The notes beneath the pieces were generated by a model. The model ran no database searches and had not been told where the DNA came from. It worked only from the letters and a program-made list of their open reading frames with translations. The position numbers were made by a program, and so were the translations under genes. Source: Trichomonas gallinae (taxonomy: Eukaryota). Taken from it: a stretch of DNA of 54,358 nt. Numbering within the stretch: position 1 is the first letter of the stretch; every line of letters starts with the position of its first letter. The stretch spans positions 1 to 54,358 of the forward strand of contig MRSU01008052.1 of NCBI GenBank assembly GCA_008369845.1, given 5' to 3'. Shown in pieces: positions 42,461-51,547 of the stretch.

Positions 42461-43255
42461 TTTTTTATTTTTGAATAGCTCTGTTCGAATTTTGAACCTG
42501 ACCAAAACATCGAAATTGATAATCTACACACTATGAATTGATCGTTTCCCTAATTATTTTCATTTTCATTAAAATATTTCATGGAATATACAGATGCTCT
42601 ATATTTATTATGTAATATATCATTATAAAAACAGTTCTTCTATATCTATTTCTTTTGCCACGAGCAAATTTCAAATTCTTTATTTTATAAGCAAAAGAAA
42701 TAGACTAAAACTTTCCTCTATCATGAATCTTTATAAAAATTATTTTGCTAATTCATTTTCTCTTCCCAAGTGCAAATTTTGAAGTTTTAAATTTTGATCA
42801 AATAGTTTACACAATACATACTTATTATTCAGCCATCTTAACTATATACGTAGGAGATCTGAATAAACCAACTATTCACGATCTTTTTCGTAACATTGTT
42901 CTAAGCAACAGAAATTGAAAAATAATGTCAAATGTAAAGCAAGAAATGACAGATTTATATACAATTTTGTCAAATGTAAAATGTCATAATGACAAATTTT
43001 GTCATATGTAAAGTGTCATAATGCCATAATATAAAATAACGATTATTTTACAATTTTTTCTATGTTGATCTTAAATTTTTCCAATATTTATCTTTGACAG
43101 ATATATACTAAATTCCAAAATACAAATTGAGAGAACCGTTAAATTTATCCAAAATTAGAAAAACGCTCACTGACAGGTAATCAACATTATATGGAAAAAT
43201 CATTTTGACGGTTATTTTTATCCACTCACAAAAAATAACCTATTGAATTCGAAAA

Positions 43256-43873
43256 TCAACAAACAAAGCTTTTTATTGGCCTATTCAATAGCATTTTAAC
43301 GTCTAAGAATACTATTGGGTCTTCGTCGTCACTATAATAATCATCGCAAGGTTTTGGAAAACCATATTTAAGTGTGATTAAAGTTGGTAAAAAAGAGACA
43401 AAACAAATAGGTGACTCGTGGGTACGAATACGTACACACCATTGTCGCGAATTGCAAAGCCGGCTATCGACTCCAGGTAAGATATCCTTGAAAAAACCCG
43501 AAACATCTTGTTGTTTGCGTGTCATTTGGAATCCGAGCTTCTGGAGGGACCCGTTGATGCACGACTTCGATCGTACCATCAGCCTTTTAAGCCTTTTCGT
43601 ATTGACAATAATAAACCCACTCCCGAACTCTATCCCGCAGACGAAGCCTCTGAAAATATCGAGACTATTCTTCTGGCTGACAAACCTGTGTACTTTAATA
43701 AGGTGAGCGATGAACGTATCCATACCATGATTCCTTTTATTTTTTTCATCACATGAAATGAAGAAATTGAAAAGCGAGAGGTATTCCTTCTGGTCCTGCT
43801 CCGTCATCTTAGCGATAAGAGGGTCTTTTGCAATGACACTCGCCAATGTCTCTTCGCCAATTATATCATTCAT
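43256..43873 (-). CDS. Initiator-binding domain (IBD, IBP39 family) transcription factor
   Basis: ATG at 43873; RGFVCGIEF, VNTKRLKRLMVRSKSCINGSLQKLGF and RQWCVR are hallmark IBD motifs of the parabasalid-expanded family. Confidence 0.9.
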   Translation of the reverse strand: MNDIIGEETLASVIAKDPLIAKMTEQDQKEYLSLFNFFISCDEKNKRNHGMDTFIAHLIKVHRFVSQKNSLDIFRGFVCGIEFGSGFIIVNTKRLKRLMVRSKSCINGSLQKLGFQMTRKQQDVSGFFKDILPGVDSRLCNSRQWCVRIRTHESPICFVSFLPTLITLKYGFPKPCDDYYSDDEDPIVFLDVKMLLNRPIKSFVC

Positions 43874-44408
43874 TCTTTTTTTTTTTTTTTTTTTGAGTTT
43901 TTTTTTTGAAGAAAAATTGACCACACAATTTTCACAAAAGAGTTATTGGGATTTTGAAGATTATAGAGGCTATGAGACCCAGTGAGGCGGTGATTGCTAT
44001 GCGCTTCGGAGCATTTTGTTTATAATTTTGAAAACATGCGTAAAATTCGATATGTTTTGGTCCATCTGCCGGGAAAATAATAAAAGGAATGATGAAGCTA
44101 AGTAAAATGTCGAATAGAATTGTTTTGAATATTGCAAATTTTTGGAAGAGCAATAATTGGATGAATAGATATTCATAAGGGATGTATTCGAATAAAAATA
44201 GAAATTTTCGTTCAGGCGAAGGCCCAAATGGTTGTTTGCGAACATAATTTTTTTTTTGATCGATATTTCGTTTGTTTTTTTCTTCTGAAGAGTTTGCTGA
44301 CTCTTTTAAGCCATTTTGATTGCTCTGAAAAGCCTCTACATTAACAACAGCTGATCGCATGGAAAAAATAACAATGACTCAATTAAAAAGTGACAATAAT
44401 AATCTATT

Positions 44409-47400
44409 TTAGTAATAATCTCTTTCGTATTTGGCTCTTGCGAATTCCATGCCGAACCAAATATCGCGCAGTTTATCATAGCGCGCTTCATCAAGAGTGA
44501 GAGGGTAGCCCTGAGAAAGACCGACATCTTGATCACCATACTTGTTGACGTACGGAGATAAAATGGGCATCTCAGAGCCGTATCCAAGAATGTAGAAGCC
44601 ACATAGGAAGTCTGAGCAGATACCCATGCACAAGCGGAATGGCTGCATAACCAGTCCTCCAAATTCCTCACTTGTGTAAATCTTACCAGGCAAATCTCCA
44701 TCTACAGTTAAGAGACGCCTCTTAGAGAAAGCGATGTTAAAATTGTAAGGAGGTTCCATCAAATCCATGATATTTGGTGGAATTGGAATGTTCAGATCTA
44801 CTGCTTTTGGCTTGTGTTGTTTAATTAATTCATGCAACTCATGTGGGAGGTTGAAAATTTTGATGATGTTCTCACCTGAAAGCACTTCGTCCCAGTCAAT
44901 ATCGCTTTCATCTGAAACAGGCATGTCTAGGATGTAGTGTCTGAATATGATAGCACGGCGAAGCAATCTAACAAGCATTGGAATGCCTTCTGGATTTTCG
45001 TACTCCTTAATGTAGTCTAGTATCAAATTGTCATAAACAGATTTCGCCTCTTCAAATTTGAGATTTAAGATTTTCATGTAGAAGTCATGGAGATAAATAG
45101 ACGGGATTTCTAGATCGCGAATCTTAAGTGGAGCATCTACGTAGCCATCAATGTGTGTGATGTGGCATCTAATGGCACGCCAAATGTTTTTCAGTCCAGT
45201 AAAGTTGTATCGATCGAAGCAGTTCGGGTTAAGAATATGTCTCTGCTCGAGAATGGAGATTTCATTTAGCACTCCATCGAAAGCAAGTCTCGGCGAACCA
45301 ATGCATCGAACGAATTCGTTACATTCATGGATAAGTCTATAATCTGCTATCATGCATTCATCTGCCATAGCAGGAAGGAGCGGACAAATTGTGTTGCAGT
45401 GTCCACGATCGAGCGGGCAATCGAAGAACACCCTCGTCTCGCATTTGATGTGGATATGATGATTGCATGAGAAGTATCGGAAATGCTGGATTTCTGTGTC
45501 TATTGTCTTGCCAGGAATGGCTAGTACTGGGAATCCAACAGGTTTTTCAGTGTCCTGGTTTGAAAGTTGGCAAATTGGGCAAATTTCATCATCTTGTTCT
45601 TCTTCATCATCGTTGTCAAAATCTTCACCAAAGAATTGTTTCTGTTGTTTGAGAATGTCTTGCATTGCTCTGCGCCTCATCTCAGCTGCAATCTTCTTCT
45701 TCTCGTTTTCTGCGTTTTCGTTTGGCTTGATTTCGCCAATGTTGAGTCTTTTGAGGCATTCTTCACCAGGAATTCCGATTTTCGAGACAGCTTTAAAGAG
45801 CTCGCCATTATCTTCAGAGAGGAAGAGATCCTTAAGGTTTGTATCAAACAATTTGTTCAGTGGCTCACTGGCTATGATTTCCGAGCCCTTCTGAGATTTG
45901 TAAACAAAAACAGGGAGAAGATAATGCGTCAACTCTGTATCACCGTACAAAATGAGTTTTTTCGCGTTCTCATTCCAGTAACGAGTGAATGCGTATCTGA
46001 GAAGCTTAAGGCCTTTCATGTCATCCTGAATTGTCAATGGAATGAGTGATGCCTTGTTCTTTGAAGTAAACTTGTTGATCATTTTTCTGAGAAGCGGAAT
46101 TGTGAAGCAAGGAGTATAATATGTGAAGCAGTTTTCATCTTTCAAGCGAACATATGTTACGTTATCTACATCGTATTTGACGCATAAGTTTTTGATCTCG
46201 AGATTCTTGTCGTACTTTGTTGGTTCGAGATGTATTCTGCGCAGTACATAATCGAGCGGGCGTGGCTCCTCACGGATCAAACCGAAAAGTGCAGCTTTCA
46301 TCATTGTCAAATCATCATTTTCCAAGCAAACGCGATCGAGAGCGATGCTTGTTAAGAAGTGTAGAATGTTATTTGGCTCTGGATCGACTTCGAATGTGGA
46401 TTGAACAAGATTTATAAAATTAAATGCAGACATAATACCCGCGCACATCTGAACGATGCCAAACAGTGGTACCCAAATTTTCTTCAAGAAAAATTCTTGC
46501 GGCAGAATCGAAAAGATATATTGGAACGTGGACTCGTTGCGAACGAAATAGTTACGCTCGGCATAGTAGTGCGCGACGAAGGCACGGATTGGAAGTTTAG
46601 CGACCTGGATTGCAAGCTGGTCGACGGTAATGTTTCGTGATTTCGCGACTTTTTCAAATACTGCGGGTAAGTTATCTTCTTTCACGAGGACTTTATATGT
46701 GCAAGATGCAAGGAATTGAGCGACATATACTGTATTCTTTGGATTAGCCGGGCAGTTATTCGATCCTATATCTGGGACAGTGAGCGAATTGTCGTATAAT
46801 GCTCCTAACCATTCAGCGGCGTCCGCATATACACTGGTATCTTCTAAATATTGGGTAACTTGTAACAATTGATAAATAATTCCTAATAATGGGTTGTTAT
46901 TGTCATCATCGACTTTGTCGCCAGTTGGTATTCTATTGAAGCCTCCAATGTAATCGAATCTTTTTACGAAATTTAGAAGTAGGCGGAAAACCTGTTTACG
47001 CTCATCATCTGTTATTGACTCTAGTTTGATAATTCTGTCAACAAATAAGACAAATTCTGAGGAATAAGTATAAATTGCAGCTCTGGTATAATCAGTTCTT
47101 GTTTTTATCTGAGAATGCAGTTTATGCATAGCATCAAACATATCTGACACCATATCAAGCCATGTGTGGTTTTTAATTGATATTTTAACGACATTGAATG
47201 AATAACAATGGAAAACAAATGTAGCAAGTTTTTCATTTTCATCCCTAATTGGAGAAGAAACAAACTTTGGAATCTCTGTAAGAAGATAAGGTAAAAATGT
47301 TTTGACAAAGTAGATTTCGTTAATGATTTCGCTTTCAAGAGAAAGTAATTCAGAAAGGGCATCTCCGGTGAGTCTTAAATGTAAATCTCCTGTGAGAGAT

Positions 47401-47936
47401 GGACAGAGAGCCATTGACAAGCAACGAAGAACAGGATCTCCAAAGGATGTGAAATTTTTTAGCCATTGAATTATGCATAATGCATCTTCGTTTGTAGCAT
47501 CTGTAAGAAAAGCAGCTGCTGTTGAAAAAATTGTGAAAAACATGCTTTGCTCTTCTTTCGATAATAAATCCTCTGGATGTTCAGTTTGAGCTTTGTGTTT
47601 TGTACAAAAATGCGATTCCTTCCAAAACATAGTATCTCCACAGTCGCAATTACCAGTTTGGTTTAGATGAATTTTGATATTATGCCCAGTGTGGTCGGAG
47701 TGTTTGAAACAATCATAGCAAATGCATGCATTACTTTGGAGCCTGCACTCTTCACATGTAAACGAGATACAATCTCTGAACCAAGAATTATTACATTTTG
47801 ATGAAGGGTATTTTTTTGTATAGGCTTGGCGCATTTTTTCGATGCTTTCGAATTCATCTCCACATAACTCATCCTCGAGTTCTTGGATAAGTTCTATGGC
47901 CTCATTACTCATGAAAATTTTTTGTTTTTTGTTCAT
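44409..47936 (-). CDS. N-recognin E3 ubiquitin ligase, UBR1/2-like
   Basis: UBR box (CEEC...CICYDCF...HTGH...GNCDCGD...FCTKH), FVRN, RING-like CPIC...CNHHIHIKC...CPLD, and C-terminal SPYVNKYGDQDVGLSQGYPLTL. Confidence 0.93.
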   Translation of the reverse strand: MNKKQKIFMSNEAIELIQELEDELCGDEFESIEKMRQAYTKKYPSSKCNNSWFRDCISFTCEECRLQSNACICYDCFKHSDHTGHNIKIHLNQTGNCDCGDTMFWKESHFCTKHKAQTEHPEDLLSKEEQSMFFTIFSTAAAFLTDATNEDALCIIQWLKNFTSFGDPVLRCLSMALCPSLTGDLHLRLTGDALSELLSLESEIINEIYFVKTFLPYLLTEIPKFVSSPIRDENEKLATFVFHCYSFNVVKISIKNHTWLDMVSDMFDAMHKLHSQIKTRTDYTRAAIYTYSSEFVLFVDRIIKLESITDDERKQVFRLLLNFVKRFDYIGGFNRIPTGDKVDDDNNNPLLGIIYQLLQVTQYLEDTSVYADAAEWLGALYDNSLTVPDIGSNNCPANPKNTVYVAQFLASCTYKVLVKEDNLPAVFEKVAKSRNITVDQLAIQVAKLPIRAFVAHYYAERNYFVRNESTFQYIFSILPQEFFLKKIWVPLFGIVQMCAGIMSAFNFINLVQSTFEVDPEPNNILHFLTSIALDRVCLENDDLTMMKAALFGLIREEPRPLDYVLRRIHLEPTKYDKNLEIKNLCVKYDVDNVTYVRLKDENCFTYYTPCFTIPLLRKMINKFTSKNKASLIPLTIQDDMKGLKLLRYAFTRYWNENAKKLILYGDTELTHYLLPVFVYKSQKGSEIIASEPLNKLFDTNLKDLFLSEDNGELFKAVSKIGIPGEECLKRLNIGEIKPNENAENEKKKIAAEMRRRAMQDILKQQKQFFGEDFDNDDEEEQDDEICPICQLSNQDTEKPVGFPVLAIPGKTIDTEIQHFRYFSCNHHIHIKCETRVFFDCPLDRGHCNTICPLLPAMADECMIADYRLIHECNEFVRCIGSPRLAFDGVLNEISILEQRHILNPNCFDRYNFTGLKNIWRAIRCHITHIDGYVDAPLKIRDLEIPSIYLHDFYMKILNLKFEEAKSVYDNLILDYIKEYENPEGIPMLVRLLRRAIIFRHYILDMPVSDESDIDWDEVLSGENIIKIFNLPHELHELIKQHKPKAVDLNIPIPPNIMDLMEPPYNFNIAFSKRRLLTVDGDLPGKIYTSEEFGGLVMQPFRLCMGICSDFLCGFYILGYGSEMPILSPYVNKYGDQDVGLSQGYPLTLDEARYDKLRDIWFGMEFARAKYERDYY

Positions 47937-47951
47937 TTCACTTTTATCAAC

Positions 47952-48140
47952 AATCTAATTTACATGGCAAAATAATCATAATTTGTTATTAAAATCTAAT
48001 TTACATGGCAAGATTGTCATTGAAATTTTTAATTTGTAAAATTGTCATATTTTAATTTACATGACAAAATCGTCATAATCTGTTTTTAAAATCTAATTTA
48101 CATGGCAAATCTGATATTGATTTTTTAAAAATCTGATTTG
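47952..48140. repeat. Cluster of AATCTAATTTACATG(G/A)CAA repeats upstream of the UBR1-like gene
   Basis: TTTACATG(G/A)CA at 47959, 48000, 48056 and 48097 (spacing 41, 56, 41). Confidence 0.85.
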
Positions 48141-48498
48141 TAAAATGGAGAATTTGTCATGACAATAAGCATAAAGTTAGATGATTTTGCAAGAACTCAT
48201 AAACTATCTATATATGGTTTGTCTATCTATATTTCGAATTAGATACATAAATTCTCAAATTCCTGGACTTCCACTGCCAGTAAATAAATTAATGCATTAA
48301 ACTTAGGAACAACACTTATTATACATTATTTCTGCATGCAATGCTAATAAGTGTTGAAATATAAGTTTTCCAAGATTACAATTTTTTTAAAATATTTTAT
48401 TAAAAAACAATTTATTAGGATTAGATAATAAACAATGACCACACATGCTAATCTTTGTTTGTATTTGAGTTCTGAGAATCTTTTGACTGAAAACTCAC

Positions 48499-50533
48499 TT
48501 AATTTAACAAGTTTTGAATCAACGTAATCGATTTATTTATATTCTCGTTTTCTTCGTTGAGCTCATCTTGAAGTTTCTTATTAAGCATTTCAGTATTGAT
48601 CTGAATTGTTTTCGATGAAATATCGAGTAATTTAGATAATGCTTTTTTTTTGCTCATTGATTTTGTTCAGCTTATGAGCAGACAGGGCAATGAGCGCAAG
48701 TTCAAACATGCTGCATTGTGCTGGAAGTGTTTTACCTTCAGATTTGAGATAATTTACCAAAGCTTCCCAGTTTTTGACAGATATTTGATCAGCAAGAGTC
48801 TTGTAATCATTACCGAGGCAAAGAGTGAGGATTGTTCTAGCAATTATATTGAAATCTTTGACCTTCGATATTATTTCTGGATAAAGGGCTGATGTAAGTA
48901 AACTGCTGTTGAAGTAAACAGGAAGAACTGTCTTATCTGTTTTGTCGAAAAGCTCGATTTTAGCGAACTTCTCAAGGTATTCGAGATCCGTCTTGAAAGC
49001 TTTGTTTTCGAAGCACTTGAAGATGCAGCTGAGCGAAGAATAAAGGCTATTCATAGAATGCGTTATGATCTGGTTGCAGAAGTTAATCATTGACTCGATG
49101 TTAAAGAAAAACATGTTATCAGCAGCTTTATTGATGGCAGTCGAGAAATTGGAAATAGACTTCGTAAAATAGTTATTTCCAAACTCGCAGAAACTCTTAA
49201 TAACTGAAACATTGAAATTATCAATAGCATCATTAACAATAGTAGAAGCAAGAGAAAAGAACTGGATACCTTCAAGCCTGAGATGATGCCAAGCCTTGGC
49301 TTCTGCTGATACCATTTTTGCAATGCCGCGTAATCTTATATTCAAGAACTGACAGTCAGGATGCTCGGCAAACTTTTGACATGCATCTAAAGCCAAAACA
49401 AATTCTTTGTTATCTTTTGTCTCAAGGTATTTTAATAGGTGGTACTCGCCTTCTATTGCTGCGAGTCTTCCCTCTGTTGATTCGAAATTGATTTTTCCTG
49501 TGACAAAAGCATTCGATGCTTTGTCGGAAATGTTTTGGATTTTTTGGAGAGTTTTTTCGTTGAAATATTGCTTTAAATCACCGAAAACACAGTTCTTCGT
49601 GCAGTATTTGTCCGAATATTGCAGTAATAAAGGCGAAATGTCTTCGTTGTTCTTAAGTGCCAAATCTATTTCAGCTAGATATGGACCGCGCTTTATTCCA
49701 TCTTTATGTTTTTCGATTATTTCCTTAGCATTCGGGTGATATTTGACGACAAGGCGCCATTCATCAATTGAGTCTGAGTTGTATTCGTTCAAAAACATTT
49801 CAGCGCAATTTGCAACTTCAGTGAAATTATTCAATTTTGTGTATGCGTCCATTTCTGCTCTGCGGAGGACGATATCGTTCGGAGTGTATAGATTCTTGAT
49901 TTCTTCCTGCTTAACTAAGTCAATTATCTCCAGATATTTCTGATTTGCATCAAGAAGTTGAATTTTGAGCCAAACTGATCATTGCGTGTGTTGTTTGACT
50001 TTTTCGATGAAACCAAGGTCTAGCTTGTTGAAAGCAACATTATTCTCGTATTTTCCTCTGAGATATAAACAAAATGCTGCAGTAGCAATGTTTGCTTCAT
50101 TATTCTCAAGGCGAACAACTGTCATTGCATTTCCTTGAGCTTCACTAAAGTGTCTATTGATGAATTGCATAGCAAGAAGATTTTTGAATAATTCTGGTTT
50201 GTTTTTGATTGAATTTGCGAGAGTTTTGTAAATAGATTCAAGTTCTTCGAAAAGCGAGTATTTGTTGAGTGTGTTGAAGCATTCTTGCAAAATCAAATAT
50301 TCAATATTCGTATTTTTAATGATTTTTCTTGCAAAGCTTATTTCTTCGTCTTTGTTGTTGTTAACTCTAGCGAAAATCATCTCAACACATTCATGAAAAG
50401 GCGGAAAATTATCTGGAACTTTGATTTTCATGATTTCTTGGTGTTTTTTAGTGATTTTATTTATATGATTGGTTTTGGCGAGATTTTGGAACTCTTCGAA
50501 AAGAATAGTAATCTTTTTTAGAGGTGGATTCAT
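48499..50533 (-). pseudogene. NatB auxiliary subunit NAA25/MDM20-like gene, interrupted by one in-frame TGA (49979-49981) and a +1 frameshift in an A9 run (48643-48651)
   Basis: ORFs 49979-50533 and 48632-49852 are in the same frame and the linker is open (HTQ*SVWLKIQLL...RRAEMDAY). RGPYLAE, YCTKNCVFGDLKQY and LRLEGIQFFSL match NAA25. Removing one A extends the frame to TAA at 48499. Confidence 0.75.
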
Positions 50534-50584
50534 CTGACCAATAGCTTTGCAAAATACCGATAATTTTCCACTTTACAAAATTTA

Positions 50585-50810
50585 TTTGACACTTTGACAT
50601 CTGAAATCAATTTTATTTTGACATGTAATGTTTTTAATATTTATTATTTTGACACGTAATTTTTGATTTTTTGACATTTTGACATGTAATATTTTTTTGG
50701 AAATTATTTGTCTTTTTGACGTGTAATGTTTTTTCTGAAAAAAATATTTTGTCACTTTGACATGTAATGTTTTTAATATTTGCTATTTTGACATGTAATG
50801 TTTTCCGAAA
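50585..50810. repeat. Cluster of TTTGACATGTAAT repeats in the divergent promoter
   Basis: TGAC(A/G)(T/C)GTAA at 50619, 50650, 50680, 50717, 50758 and 50789, plus extra TTTGACA half-sites. Confidence 0.9.
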
Positions 50811-50849
50811 AAACTGCTGTCAAAACACGGTTTTGACAAAAAATCAGCA

Positions 50850-51281
50850 ATGCTTATATTACTTTTTTCACACTTTGTTGGCTCGGCCTCGGAGTGGAAT
50901 GATACAACACCAACACCTTTTAGGTGGACCCCATCACCATCGTGGGGAAAAACAGCACCTCCACGCAAGAAATGGCCAACAGAATCTCCATCATGGCCAG
51001 CAACAAAAACTAGAAAGCCAAAGACACCAACACCAGGAACCCAGACTCCAAACATTCCTGAAACACCATCACCAACGCCAAAACCAGATAATCCAAATGA
51101 TCAGAAATCATTCTGGGATTTACACAAGAAGCAAATCATGATTTCAATAGCATGCGCGCTCTTCGTAATTATAATTGTTGTCGTTCTTATTATTATAATT
51201 CTTAACAAGAGAAAGAACCGCTTAACAGAGAAGTCTTTGACTCTCAACGAACCTATCCTTGGAGACAAAGAAATTATTTAG
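50850..51281 (+). CDS. Small type I membrane protein with Pro/Thr-rich (mucin-like) ectodomain
   Basis: Signal peptide, TP/PT repeats, a long hydrophobic TM, basic stop-transfer and a short tail ending NEPILGDKEII. Confidence 0.8.
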   Translation: MLILLFSHFVGSASEWNDTTPTPFRWTPSPSWGKTAPPRKKWPTESPSWPATKTRKPKTPTPGTQTPNIPETPSPTPKPDNPNDQKSFWDLHKKQIMISIACALFVIIIVVVLIIIILNKRKNRLTEKSLTLNEPILGDKEII

Positions 51282-51547
51282 GCATATATATGTGTAAAGC
51301 TTTGTTTATTTAAATAAAATTAATACAATAAAATAGTAAGCATTTTTGTAATCTTTATTTAAACACAAATTTTCACTATTGCAAATTTGATGCATTTTAC
51401 TTGAGAAATTCGTTATTATAGATAAAAATTTTTGTATCTCTTTGTGTTTTCATATAATATATTGGTTAAATGGTATATATTTTAGTATAACTAATGTTTA
51501 TGCGAACAAAGACAAAAACAACTTTAATTTAAAACAAAAAATTAAAA

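Noticed and set aside
43932..44360. 142-aa ORF between IBD and UBR1
   Set aside because: Composition is low-complexity and AT-driven with no motif, and it overlaps the expected IBD promoter. It cannot be supported as a gene.
48310..49981. Selenocysteine recoding of the UGA with the downstream hairpin as SECIS
   Set aside because: There is no AUGA/GA core or SECIS geometry, NAA25 is not a redox protein, and trichomonads are not known to have Sec machinery.
49975..49999. 25-nt GT...AG stretch (GTCAAACAACACACGCAATGATCAG, minus strand) covering the in-frame TGA as a possible short intron
   Set aside because: Removing it shifts the frame and hits TAA within about 17 codons. It also lacks the GTA 5' site and CTAAC branch motif of trichomonad introns.
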